From NCBI GenBank assembly GCA_038206295.1, contig JBBRAZ010000017.1:1122-65121 (forward strand): DNA of 64,000 nucleotides, read 5' to 3'. A program made the position numbers and the translations under genes. The stretch is from Acidimicrobiales bacterium. GTDB taxonomy: Bacteria; Actinomycetota; Acidimicrobiia; Acidimicrobiales; JBBRAZ01. This document shows, piece by piece, positions 50,841 through 60,499 of the stretch. A model generated the notes under the pieces. The model searched no databases and was not told the DNA's origin. It worked only from the letters and a program-made list of their open reading frames with translations. How positions within the stretch are numbered: position 1 is the first letter of the stretch; each line of letters opens with the position of its first letter.

Positions 50841-52204
50841 CTGCGGATCGCCTTCCGGTCGGAGGTGTCCTTGGAGAACACCTCGGCGCCGAGCCTGATG
50901 CCGAGGTCCGCCAGCTTCTCGGCGAACTTCGGGCGGACGCCGGTGGCGGTCAGGTGACCACGGAAGCGGCCGTGCTGGTCGACGCCGGCAGCGAAGTCGA
51001 ACAGGAAGACGTCCTGGAGGGTGATGACGTCGCCCTCCATCCCCTGGACCTCGGTGATGTGGGTGATCCGGCGGGTGCCGTCTCGCAAGCGGGTGAGCTG
51101 CACGATGAGGTCGACGGCAGCGGAGACCTGCTCGCGGATCGCCCGGATCGGCAGGTCGAAGCCGGCCATGAGCACCAGCGTCTCGAGTCGGGACAGGGCG
51201 TCGCGCGGGCTGTTGGCGTGGATGGTCGTGAGCGAGCCGTCGTGACCGGTGTTCATGGCCTGGAGCATGTCGAGCGCCTCACCGCCACGGCACTCCCCGA
51301 CCACGATGCGATCGGGTCGCATGCGAAGGGTGTTCTTGACGAGGTCGCGGATGGTGACCTCGCCGCGGCCTTCGATGTTCGGTGGCCTCGTCTCGAGCGA
51401 GAGCACGTGGTCCTGGTGGAGCTGGAGCTCCTTGGCGTCCTCGACGGTGATGATCCGCTCGTCGGAGGGGATGAAGGAGGACAGCACGTTGAGCGTCGTG
51501 GTCTTGCCGGTGCCGGTACCGCCGGAGACGATGATGTTGAGGCGTCCGACGATGCACGCCTGCAGGAACCGCGCCGCGTTGGCGTTGAGGGTGCCGAAGC
51601 GGATCAGGTCGTCGACCTGGAGCGGATCGGCGGAGAACTTGCGGATGGTGAGGAACGGGCCGCCGATCGCCAACGGTGAGATGACCGCGTTCACACGGGA
51701 GCCGTCGGGGAGGCGGGCATCGCACAGCGGGCTGGACTCGTCGATGCGTCGACCGATCTCGCCCACGATCTTGTCGATGATGCGTCGGAGGTGGGTCTCA
51801 TCGACGAAGTTCGACTCGACCTTCTCGAGCTTGCCGCTGCGCTCGACGTAGACGCTCTCGGGGCCGTTGACCATGACCTCGCTGACGTCCTCGTTGTGGA
51901 GGTACACGTCGATCGGGCCGTAGCCCAGGATGTCGTCGGAGACCTCCTGGATCAGCTGGGCCTTGTCAGCAGCCGACAGCGGTGCACGCTCCTGCGCGAG
52001 GGCCGCGTGGAGCTGCTCGTGGACTCGCCGTCGGAGGTCGTCGCCCGAGAGCCGCTTGTCGTAGAGGACCGGACCGAGCTCGTCGATCAGCGTGTGGTGG
52101 ATCTTCTGGCGCAGCTCCGCCAGGAGCGGGTCGCGGCGCTTGTTGGAGCCGCCACCCGGCGCCGGTGCCTGCTGCACGTCGTGCAACCGCTTGTAGAGCG
52201 ACAT
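50837..52204 (-). CDS. tadA: Tad pilus assembly ATPase TadA/CpaF
   Basis: DARLPDGSRVNA, GGTGTGKTT, RMRPDRIVVGE and MNTGHDGS. Confidence 0.96.
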   Translation of the reverse strand: MSLYKRLHDVQQAPAPGGGSNKRRDPLLAELRQKIHHTLIDELGPVLYDKRLSGDDLRRRVHEQLHAALAQERAPLSAADKAQLIQEVSDDILGYGPIDVYLHNEDVSEVMVNGPESVYVERSGKLEKVESNFVDETHLRRIIDKIVGEIGRRIDESSPLCDARLPDGSRVNAVISPLAIGGPFLTIRKFSADPLQVDDLIRFGTLNANAARFLQACIVGRLNIIVSGGTGTGKTTTLNVLSSFIPSDERIITVEDAKELQLHQDHVLSLETRPPNIEGRGEVTIRDLVKNTLRMRPDRIVVGECRGGEALDMLQAMNTGHDGSLTTIHANSPRDALSRLETLVLMAGFDLPIRAIREQVSAAVDLIVQLTRLRDGTRRITHITEVQGMEGDVITLQDVFLFDFAAGVDQHGRFRGHLTATGVRPKFAEKLADLGIRLGAEVFSKDTSDRKAIRR

Positions 52205-52240
52205 GTCACCACCTCCCGTTCAGAGCGACGCCGAGCGCAG

Positions 52241-53488
52241 TCACCGTCGCCGACGCTTCCCGGAGCCGCCACCGCTCTCGACGGTGCTCGGGAGGTACAG
52301 GTCGGCCAGCTGCTCGATCGCCTTGGCCACCGACGACTTCGGCGCGTCGAGCACGACCGCCGCCGCTTTGTTGACCGCCTGCGGCACCACGACGTCGCTG
52401 GGCACCAGCACCTTGGCCTGGAGGCCGAGCGTGCGCTCCACGTCGCCGACCTCGAGGCGCACCTTCGAGTCGGCGCGGTTGAGGACGAGCTTGACCTTCT
52501 CCGCGGAGATGTCGAGGAGGCGCATGGTCTGCAGCGCGATCTTGGTGTCCTTGATGCTGGGGATGTCGAGGCCGGTGACCATGAGGATCTCGTCGCTCAT
52601 CTCGAGCGCGCCGATCATCGGATCGTTGAGGTAGGTCTGGGTGTCGACGATGACCAAGGCGCAGAAGGTGCGCAGGACCTCCAGCAGCTTCACCACGTCC
52701 GCGGCGCCGATCTGATCGGCGTGCGCAGGCTCCAGCGGCGCGGGCATCACCAGGAGGCCCGAATCCTTGTGCTCGACGAGCAGGCTCTGGAGCAGGGACG
52801 GGTCCAGGCGTTCCTGCGCGCTGACCGCATCCACCAAGGTGTGCTGCGGAGCGAGCTTCAGCATCACCGCGATGTCGCCGAACTGCAGGTCGATGTCGAC
52901 CAGGCACACCGGTCGGGTGCAGCGCTTCGCCAGCGTCACCGCCAGGCTCGCGGCGATCACCGAGGTTCCGGAGCCGCCCTTGGCCGAGTAGAGCGTGACG
53001 ATCTGGCCCAACTCATCGCTGAACTCGTCGAACTCGTCGATGGCCGGCGTCGCCGGCCCGGTGGGCACGACGCGCGCCGACAACCCGGAGGCCACCCTCG
53101 TGACCGCTCCGGTCAGCTCGGCGGTGTCGACGGGCGCGGCGAGCACGTCGCGCACCCCTGATCGGAGGGCCTGCTGGTAGATCTCGGTCGAGACCTCCTC
53201 CGCGACCATGATCGCGCCGAGCTCCGGCCGAGCGGTGAGCAGGCTCGCCGCCTTCTGGAGCTCGGGCCCGATGCCGACCGTCGGTCCCAGGACCATGACG
53301 ACGGGGAAGCCCGACAGGCGCGGCGCGAGCTCGTCGATGCTCGACAGCGGGGTCGCCCCCTGGCCGAGCTGCATCGCGAGCCGGCTGCGGGTGACCTGGT
53401 CGGGGTCGATGACGACCACGGCCACGCCTACCTGCTGACCCCCGTCGGCTGCGCCACCGCCGGACTGGCTGGTGAACGAGCTGGTCAC
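52241..53488 (-). CDS. cpaE: CpaE/TadZ-like receiver-MinD pilus localisation protein
   Basis: Receiver-like N-domain, SAKGGSGTS deviant Walker A, VDIDLQFGD and LVLNR. Confidence 0.9.
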   Translation of the reverse strand: MTSSFTSQSGGGAADGGQQVGVAVVVIDPDQVTRSRLAMQLGQGATPLSSIDELAPRLSGFPVVMVLGPTVGIGPELQKAASLLTARPELGAIMVAEEVSTEIYQQALRSGVRDVLAAPVDTAELTGAVTRVASGLSARVVPTGPATPAIDEFDEFSDELGQIVTLYSAKGGSGTSVIAASLAVTLAKRCTRPVCLVDIDLQFGDIAVMLKLAPQHTLVDAVSAQERLDPSLLQSLLVEHKDSGLLVMPAPLEPAHADQIGAADVVKLLEVLRTFCALVIVDTQTYLNDPMIGALEMSDEILMVTGLDIPSIKDTKIALQTMRLLDISAEKVKLVLNRADSKVRLEVGDVERTLGLQAKVLVPSDVVVPQAVNKAAAVVLDAPKSSVAKAIEQLADLYLPSTVESGGGSGKRRRR

Positions 53489-54354
53489 TGCTCCTGCCGC
53501 CCCGCAGGTCCGTACGGGGTCAGCTCGGCACCGACCTCACCCGGGAGCTCGCCCAGGCGATCGATCTCGAGGAACGGGATGGGCGCGGGCTCGTAGTCCT
53601 GGGGGACGAGCGACAGGTAGAGCGAGAACTCGGTCGCCGTCTCGAGGGTGGCGAGGAGCTGGACGCCATCGACGGGCATGTCGAAGGTGATGAGCCCGCG
53701 CGTGGCGTTCTCCTGCGCCGGCTGGGGAGCCGCGCCCTCCTCGGCGACAACCTGCTCGCCGAGGTCCAACGCCGCGAGCTGCCCCATGGCCAGGATGTGC
53801 GCCTTCTGGTACAGGTACCGGTAGCCGAGCCACCCTTCGACCTCGAGCTCCGGGATGATCGGGGCGGTGCCGTCGGTGGTGCACCTGTTCTCGCAGTACA
53901 CCAGGATGTTGACCTCGTCGCCCGGGGTCAGGTTGCCGCCGACGGCGCCGACGTCATCGATGGAGATCGTGACGGTGGCGTACTCCGGGTTGCGGATGCG
54001 ATCGCGGAACTGGCTGACCGCCTGTCCGGCGTCCACGAACATGCTGTCGAGGATGACGGTGTTCTCGGAGATGTCGAAGACCGCCACGCGGCCCTCGATC
54101 TCCTCGACGGTGGTGACCGCGTTGGCGGGGAGGAACTGCTTCTGGATCTTCGCCAGCCCGATGAGGCCCTGGGCCTGCGCCGTCGCCGTGTCGGTGCCGC
54201 GCTGGATCGAGCCCTTCGCCTGCACCGCCTCGACCAGCTCCGCATCGTCGTTGACCTTGTCCTCGAGACCGGACACGTAGCTGAAGAGCACGAATGCCGC
54301 GAGGGCACCGATGACCACAGCGCCGATCAGGATGAGCGTTCGACGTGAACTCAC
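53485..54354 (-). CDS. cpaB: Flp pilus assembly protein CpaB/RcpC (SAF domain)
   Basis: N-terminal TM, SAF-like region, VGGNLTPGDEVNI; first gene of the tad operon. Confidence 0.85.
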   Translation of the reverse strand: MSSRRTLILIGAVVIGALAAFVLFSYVSGLEDKVNDDAELVEAVQAKGSIQRGTDTATAQAQGLIGLAKIQKQFLPANAVTTVEEIEGRVAVFDISENTVILDSMFVDAGQAVSQFRDRIRNPEYATVTISIDDVGAVGGNLTPGDEVNILVYCENRCTTDGTAPIIPELEVEGWLGYRYLYQKAHILAMGQLAALDLGEQVVAEEGAAPQPAQENATRGLITFDMPVDGVQLLATLETATEFSLYLSLVPQDYEPAPIPFLEIDRLGELPGEVGAELTPYGPAGRQEQ

Positions 54355-54560
54355 TTGGACCCCATTCCTCGTTCGGCGACGCGCGTGCGTCGCCCTGGCC
54401 GAAGGACGCCTTCTCCCCGAAGGTCCCCTTGTCTGCTATCCACGATTCGGGTCAAACGGCAGACCCCTAGGTCGTTCTCCCTACCTTCGGCGCGAACGGC
54501 CGAAGATGTGAGCGATTCCCCCGGATTCTGCCGTGTCTCCCCGATCGACCTCTGAACCGC

Positions 54561-55994
54561 TCAGGCGTCGGCCTGCGGCTCCTCGTCGACCATAGCCGAG
54601 TCGTCAGACGCTGCGGCGCCTGCGCCTGCGCCTGCGTCCGCGTCTTCCACGTCCCCGCTTGCGTCTGCGCCAGCGGCGTCAGCGCCAGCGGCGTCAGCGC
54701 CAGCGGCGTCAGCGGCGCCGGGAGCGGCGGATTCCTCGTAGTACTCGGCCCACGCCTCCTCGGCGCCGGTGGCCGGGCCGATGTAGTTGCCGTCGTCATC
54801 GAACGCGTGATCACCAAAGTGCTCCTGGTACTCCGCAGCGACCTCGCCGCCCTCCGCAGCCTGCTTGATCGACAGGCTGATGCGCCGGCGTGCCAGGTCG
54901 AGATCGATGATCTTGACCCAGAGCTCCTCGCCAGGGGTCACGACGTGCTCGGGCAGCTCGACGTGCTGCGCCGACATCTCCGAGATGTGCACCAGGCCCT
55001 CGATGCCCTCGCCGACCTGCACGAAGCCACCGAAGGGCACCAGCTTGGTGACCCGTCCGTAGACCAGCTCGCCGACCCGGTGGTTGGAGGCGAACTCCTG
55101 CCACGGGTCCTGCTGCGTGGCCTTCAGCGAGAGGCTGATGCGCTCCCGGCTGTGGTCGACCTCGAGGACCTGCACCTGGACCTCGTCGCCCACGGCGACG
55201 ACCGACGACGGGTGGTCGACGTGCTTCCAGGACAGCTCCGAGACGTGGATCAGGCCGTCCATGCCGCCGAGGTCGACGAACGCGCCGAAGTTGACGACCG
55301 ACGAGACGACGCCGGTGCGAACCTCGCCGGGCTGCAGGTTGACGAGGAACTCCTCGCGCTGCTCGCGCTGCGTCTCCTCGAGCCAGGCGCGGCGGCTGAG
55401 CACCACGTTGTTGCGGTTCTTGTCCAGCTCGATGATCTTCGCCTCGAGCTCGCGACCGACGTACGGCGCAAGGTCGCGGACCCGCCGGAGCTCGACGAGC
55501 GACGCCGGCAGGAAGCCGCGCAGGCCGATGTCGATGATCAGGCCGCCCTTGACCACCTCGATGACCGGTCCGGAGACGACGCCCTCGCGCTCCTTGAGGG
55601 CCTCGATCGTTCCCCACGCCCGCTCGTACTGGGCCCGCTTCTTGGAGAGGACCAGGCGACCGTCCTTGTCCTCCTTCTGGAGGACGAGTGCCTCGATCTT
55701 GTCGCCGAGGGCGACGACCTCACCGGGGTCGACGTCGTTGCGGATCGACAGCTCGCGCGATGGGATCACGCCCTCGGACTTGAAGCCGATGTCCAGCAGC
55801 ACCTCGTCGCGATCGACCTTGACGACGGTGCCCTCCACGATCTGGCCATCCTCGACGTCGACCATCGTGGCGGCATAGGCGTCCTCGAGGGACTGGCCGT
55901 CGAGATCGTTGAGGACGATGACCCGACCGAGGACCTCCTCCTCGGTGAGCGTGGACGTGGATGGGGCGGTTTCGGCACTGGCCAGATCGGACAC
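54561..55994 (-). CDS. rpsA: 30S ribosomal protein S1
   Basis: Four S1 repeats (DIGFKSEG, GFLPASLV, FGAFVDLGGMDGLIHVSELSW, EGLVHISEM); start GTG 55994 preferred over 56105. Confidence 0.97.
   Translation of the reverse strand: MSDLASAETAPSTSTLTEEEVLGRVIVLNDLDGQSLEDAYAATMVDVEDGQIVEGTVVKVDRDEVLLDIGFKSEGVIPSRELSIRNDVDPGEVVALGDKIEALVLQKEDKDGRLVLSKKRAQYERAWGTIEALKEREGVVSGPVIEVVKGGLIIDIGLRGFLPASLVELRRVRDLAPYVGRELEAKIIELDKNRNNVVLSRRAWLEETQREQREEFLVNLQPGEVRTGVVSSVVNFGAFVDLGGMDGLIHVSELSWKHVDHPSSVVAVGDEVQVQVLEVDHSRERISLSLKATQQDPWQEFASNHRVGELVYGRVTKLVPFGGFVQVGEGIEGLVHISEMSAQHVELPEHVVTPGEELWVKIIDLDLARRRISLSIKQAAEGGEVAAEYQEHFGDHAFDDDGNYIGPATGAEEAWAEYYEESAAPGAADAAGADAAGADAAGADASGDVEDADAGAGAGAAASDDSAMVDEEPQADA
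54661..54714. repeat. In-frame 15-bp tandem repeat (about 3.6 copies) in the rpsA tail
   Basis: GCGTCWGCGCCAGCG at 54661, 54676 and 54691, partial at 54706; encodes AAGAD repeats. Confidence 0.9.
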
Positions 55995-56137
55995 AGGTTC
56001 TTCTTCTTGTCGGTAGGTGGGACGCTGACGGACAGCCGTCACGCACCGGGTCCCCGGTTGCGTACGGCGTGCAGCACGGACTGCTGCGGCGCGGGAGGGT
56101 ACCACCGGTGCTCCCAGCGGCCCCAGCCGAGGGGCGA

Positions 56138-56896
56138 TCAGCCCGCCGGCGGCGGCGGTCGGTGCGCGAGGAGCAGCAGCTCGGGGTGGTCGAGATCCGG
56201 GGGACGAGCGCGGTAGTCGCCGGGGGTCACCGACCAGCAGTCGTCCACCACGAGGTCGACCACCTCGGCGAGCAGGCGCAGCTCCCGCGGCGTCATGCAG
56301 GTGGTCCAGAGGTCCGCGGGGTGCACCCCACCGGAGGGGTCGCGGACCTCGGTGCGCTCGTGGTTCACCCCCGTGGCGGCGTCGAACGCGTCGTGGTCCT
56401 CCAGGTAGCGGACCTGGAAGTAGGACGAGAAGGCGGTCACCGCCACTCGGCCGCCTGGTCGCAGGGCGCGTCGCATCCCTCCCAGGACGGCTCGATCAGG
56501 CTCGAGGGCGTCGGCTGCAGGCACCGGGCCGCCGAGGCCGAACGCTCCCTGGCACAGCGAGATGGCGGCGTCGAACTCGCCGTCGAAGGCGAGTGCACGG
56601 GCGTCGCACCGCTCGAAGCTGGCCCCCGGCGGCGCCCCGGTGGATGCGAGGTCGATGAACGTCGCTGAGATGTCCACGCCGTGCACCTCGATGCCGAGCC
56701 TCGCCAGCGCGTGGGCGTGGCGGCCCGGACCGCAGCCGACGTCGAGCACCCTGCTGCCCGGTGCGAGCTCGAGCGCCTCGACGAGCGAGGCGACCTCCTG
56801 GTCGGTCCCCCTGGTGAACGAGTAGCGGAGGTAGGCGCTGCCGAGCTGATCGGCGACGTCCTCGAACCAGTGCCGGTCGCTGCCGGTCAACGGCAC
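56138..56896 (-). CDS. Class I SAM-dependent methyltransferase
   Basis: LDVGCGPGRH, GVDIS and FDAAISLCQGAFG. Confidence 0.9.
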   Translation of the reverse strand: MPLTGSDRHWFEDVADQLGSAYLRYSFTRGTDQEVASLVEALELAPGSRVLDVGCGPGRHAHALARLGIEVHGVDISATFIDLASTGAPPGASFERCDARALAFDGEFDAAISLCQGAFGLGGPVPAADALEPDRAVLGGMRRALRPGGRVAVTAFSSYFQVRYLEDHDAFDAATGVNHERTEVRDPSGGVHPADLWTTCMTPRELRLLAEVVDLVVDDCWSVTPGDYRARPPDLDHPELLLLAHRPPPPAG

Positions 56897-56900
56897 GCCG

Positions 56901-57092
56901 TCAGTACGGGCTCGGGCATTCCCAGCCTGGCGGGAACACGCGCCACTCGTGCCACGAGTGGTTCACGCCGCCGCAGTCGTCGAGGGTCTGCCAGGCGATG
57001 ATCCCGGACGCGAGCGCGAAGATCCCGAAGACGATGAAGAGGTAGAAGAGCAGGCCGGCGCCGCCCTTGCGCGTGTCGAGCTTGATGGCCAT
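56901..57092 (-). CDS. Small single-TM protein (63 aa)
   Basis: GAGGG RBS, one hydrophobic helix, C-terminal C...W..FPPGWEC; co-oriented between polA and the MTase. Confidence 0.65.
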   Translation of the reverse strand: MAIKLDTRKGGAGLLFYLFIVFGIFALASGIIAWQTLDDCGGVNHSWHEWRVFPPGWECPSPY

Positions 57093-57171
57093 CGTCTGCT
57101 CCCTCGGCGCCGGCCGCCCGATCGGCGCCGATCGGCATCGTAGAGCACGGCGGCGGCGCCGGACGGTGATG

Positions 57172-59862
57172 TCAACCCTTCGCTTCGGCCCAGTTCTCGC
57201 CCCGGGCCAGGTGCACCGCGAGCGGGACCCGCAGATCGAACGCCTCGGCCATCGCGGCGCGCACCCTCGCCTCCACCTCGTCCCACTCCCCCGCGCCGAC
57301 CTCGACGATGACCTCGTCGTGGACCTGCAGGATGAGCCGGCTCCGACCAGCGGCGGCCTCGAGCTCTGCGTCGAGTCGGACGAGCGCGACCTTGAAGATG
57401 TCAGCTGCGAGACCCTGGATGCCGGCGTTCATCGCCTGGCGCTCACCTGCCTGGCGGAGGCGGTGGTTGGACGACGACAGCTCGGGGATCCGGCGCCGTC
57501 GACCGAACAGGGTCTCGGTGTAGCCCCGCTCGCGCGCCTCGGCCACCGCCCGCTCCATGTACGAGCGCACGGCGGGGAAGGCGGCGAAGTAGGCATCGAG
57601 GATCTCGCTCGCCTCGCCGGTGGGGATCCCGAGGCGCTGCGCCAGGCCGTAGGCCTCCATCCCGTACGCGAGCCCGTAGGAGACCATCTTGGCCCGGGCC
57701 CGAAGCTCGGGTCCCACGTCGCCGGGAGCAACCCCGAACACGCGCGCTGCGGTCTCGGTGTGGATGTCGACACCGGACTCGAACGCTGCGATGAGCCCCG
57801 GGTCCTCGGCCAGGTGCGCGATGCAGCGGAGCTCGATCTGGTCGTAGTCGGCGACGAGGAGCTCGAAGCCCGCACCGGCCACGAACGCCCGCCGGAACCG
57901 GCGACCCTGCTCGGTGCGCACCGGGATGTTGTGCAGGTTGGGCGCATCAGAGCTGAGGCGCCCGGTGCGCGCCACGGTCTGGTGGAACGTGGCGTGGATC
58001 CGGCCGTCGGGCGCCACCTCCGCCAGCAGCCCCTCGGCGTAGGTCGACCGGAGCTTCTCCACCTCGCGGTAGGCGAGGAGCTCGTCGACGATGGGGTGCT
58101 GGCCTCGCAGCTTCTCCAGCGTCGCAGCATCGGTCGAGTACCCGGTCTTGGTCTTCTTCTGCGGCGTGAGCCCGAGACGATCGAAGAGGACCTCCCGAAG
58201 CTGCGGCGTGGAGTTGACGTTGAACTGCCCACCGGCGAGCTCCCAGATGGCGTCACGGTGCCGATCGCACTCGGCCACCAGCGATGCGCCGAGCGCCTCG
58301 AGCTCCGCCACGTCGACTGCGACCCCGACGCGCTCCATGCGTGCAAGCACCAGCACCAACGGCACCTCGACGTCGCGGTGCAGCTCCGCCATGCCCTGCG
58401 CCTCGAGCGCCTCGAGCAGCACCGGAGCGAGCGCAGCGGCCGCCAGGGCGCGGCGAGCTGCATCGAGGGACGGATCGCCAGCGGTGCCATCGAGGTCGAG
58501 CTGTCCAGCGGGGGCGTCGGTGCCGGTCGCTGCACGCCAGGACGTGGACCGCTCGAGCAGCTCCTCGAGCTCGTAGCGCCCCTCGGACGGATCCAGGAGG
58601 TACGCGGCCAACCTCGTATCAGCGCGCAACCCCCGGACCTCGATGTCGAGATCGAGCAGCGCCCGCACCAGCGGCTTGGCGCCGTGCGCCAGGACGCCCG
58701 GCCCGTCGACGCCCAGGCACCGCGCCAGCGAGGAGCGCACCGCGTCGAGCTGCAGCATCGCAACATCGATGATGAGGACCGGTGCAGCTGGCGTCGTCGC
58801 GAGCACCACGGCGTCGAGGTCGATGCCGAAGCGGCGGTGCTCGACGACGCCGTCGATCGCCACCTGCACGCCGCCCGTCACCAGCTCCTCGAGCGCTGCA
58901 ACGACCGCCGCCTGTCCGTCGGGCACGAGCAGCTCGGGCTCGAGCACCTCGCCGTCCTGGACCCCCGCCGCGGCTGCGTCGAGCTCGAAGGCCTCCGCGA
59001 TGCGGGGCGCGAGGGAGCCGAACTCGAGGAACTCGACCAGCTGGCGGAGGGCGTCCGCGTCGATCGCCCGGGGCTGGAGCTCGTCGAGCGCGGGGACCGC
59101 CTCGACGTCGCGCACGAGCGCCATCATCTCGACGTTCGTGCGCACCACCGACTCGTGCTCGGCGAGGTTGGCGCGCAGCTTCGGGGTCTGGTCGTCGAGG
59201 TGCTCGTAGATCCCGTCGATGCCGTCGTAGGCCACGATCAGCTTGGCCGCGGTCTTCTCCCCCACCCCCGGCACGCCGGGCAGGTTGTCCGATGGGTCGC
59301 CGCGCAGCGCGGCGTACTGCACGTAGCGATCCGGTCGCACGCCGGTGCGCTCGGCGATGCCCGCCTCGTCGTACACGACGTAGTCCGAGACGCCCCGGCG
59401 GTTGTAGAGCACGCGGATGTGCGGGTCGCGCACGAGCTGGTAGCTGTCGCGATCCCCGGTGACGATCAGGACGTCGTCTCCGGCGGCGGCCGCTCGCTCG
59501 GCGAGGGTGGCGAGCACGTCGTCGGCCTCGAACCCGGAGATCTCGACGGTGGGCAGCCCCAGCACCTCGACGACCTGGCGCACGAGCCCGAGCTGCTGGC
59601 GCAGGATGTCGGGCGCCTCGTCGCGGTTGCCCTTGTAGTGCGGCACCCGATCGTGGCGAAAGGTCGGCTCCGGTCGATCGAACGCCACCACGACGTGAGC
59701 GGGACGGTGCTCGCGCACCAGGTTCACCAGCATCGAGGTGAACCCGTACACGGCGTTGGTGACCTGGCCGCTGCCTGTCGCCATGTCGGTCGGCAGGGCG
59801 AAGAACGCTCGGTACGTCAGCGAGTTGCCGTCGATGACCATCCAGGTCGCACGGGCGGTCAC
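57172..59862 (-). CDS. polA: DNA polymerase I
   Basis: 5'-3' exonuclease (IDGNSL, FEADD, GDRD, GDPSDN) and polymerase motifs DYDQIELR, AKMVSYGLAYG and VHDE. Confidence 0.97.
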   Translation of the reverse strand: MTARATWMVIDGNSLTYRAFFALPTDMATGSGQVTNAVYGFTSMLVNLVREHRPAHVVVAFDRPEPTFRHDRVPHYKGNRDEAPDILRQQLGLVRQVVEVLGLPTVEISGFEADDVLATLAERAAAAGDDVLIVTGDRDSYQLVRDPHIRVLYNRRGVSDYVVYDEAGIAERTGVRPDRYVQYAALRGDPSDNLPGVPGVGEKTAAKLIVAYDGIDGIYEHLDDQTPKLRANLAEHESVVRTNVEMMALVRDVEAVPALDELQPRAIDADALRQLVEFLEFGSLAPRIAEAFELDAAAAGVQDGEVLEPELLVPDGQAAVVAALEELVTGGVQVAIDGVVEHRRFGIDLDAVVLATTPAAPVLIIDVAMLQLDAVRSSLARCLGVDGPGVLAHGAKPLVRALLDLDIEVRGLRADTRLAAYLLDPSEGRYELEELLERSTSWRAATGTDAPAGQLDLDGTAGDPSLDAARRALAAAALAPVLLEALEAQGMAELHRDVEVPLVLVLARMERVGVAVDVAELEALGASLVAECDRHRDAIWELAGGQFNVNSTPQLREVLFDRLGLTPQKKTKTGYSTDAATLEKLRGQHPIVDELLAYREVEKLRSTYAEGLLAEVAPDGRIHATFHQTVARTGRLSSDAPNLHNIPVRTEQGRRFRRAFVAGAGFELLVADYDQIELRCIAHLAEDPGLIAAFESGVDIHTETAARVFGVAPGDVGPELRARAKMVSYGLAYGMEAYGLAQRLGIPTGEASEILDAYFAAFPAVRSYMERAVAEARERGYTETLFGRRRRIPELSSSNHRLRQAGERQAMNAGIQGLAADIFKVALVRLDAELEAAAGRSRLILQVHDEVIVEVGAGEWDEVEARVRAAMAEAFDLRVPLAVHLARGENWAEAKG

Positions 59863-60437
59863 TGCGGCGCCAGATCGCCGGCGACCACCGCGTCGGCGAC
59901 CGCCCGCATGGTCTGGCGCGATGCCATCGCGTGGCGTTGGACGAACTGGAAGGACTCCTGCTCCGACAGCCCGTGGCGATCCATGAGCAACCCCTTGGCG
60001 CGGTCGACGGCCTTGCGCGCCTCCAGGCGCTCGGTGAGGTCCGCGCTCTGCTCGTGCAGCGCGCGCAGCTCGATGAAGCGACCGAGCGCGACCTCGATCG
60101 CCGGCACCAGCTCAGCGCGCTGGAACGGCTTGACCAGGTAGGCCAACGCTCCCGCGTCTCGGGCCCGCTCGATGAGGTCGCGCTGGCTGAACGCCGTCAG
60201 CACCAGGACCGCGGCGAGGTGCTCCTCGCTTATGGCCTTGGCGGCGGTGAGGCCATCTGCGCCGGGCATCTTGATGTCGACGATCACCACATCGGGCGCA
60301 GCAGCGCGCACGAGGTCGACCACCTCGTCGCCACGGCCGGTCTCACCGACGACCTCGTAGCCCTCCTCCTCCAGCGTCTCGCGCAGGTCGAGGCGGATGA
60401 TGGCCTCGTCCTCCGCGATCACCACGCGCGTGGCCAC
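59859..60437 (-). CDS. Response regulator with ANTAR RNA-binding domain (PdtaR-like)
   Basis: AEDEAII, VDIKMP, YLVKPF; ANTAR ARKAVDRAKGLLM...F. Confidence 0.93.
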   Translation of the reverse strand: MATRVVIAEDEAIIRLDLRETLEEEGYEVVGETGRGDEVVDLVRAAAPDVVIVDIKMPGADGLTAAKAISEEHLAAVLVLTAFSQRDLIERARDAGALAYLVKPFQRAELVPAIEVALGRFIELRALHEQSADLTERLEARKAVDRAKGLLMDRHGLSEQESFQFVQRHAMASRQTMRAVADAVVAGDLAPQ

Positions 60438-60499
60438 GGCTCCCTCCGATCAGGTGAGCGGATCCTACCGCTCGCTCCCGACGCCGCGATCGGCCCGCG

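Noticed and set aside
54355-54560. c-di-AMP or c-di-GMP riboswitch ahead of the tad operon
   Set aside because: Fragments such as GAATCC, GGGGGAA and GTAGGG occur, but the conserved AACCCGTCAGCTAACC (c-di-AMP) and GCAAA/GAAA (c-di-GMP-I) elements are absent.
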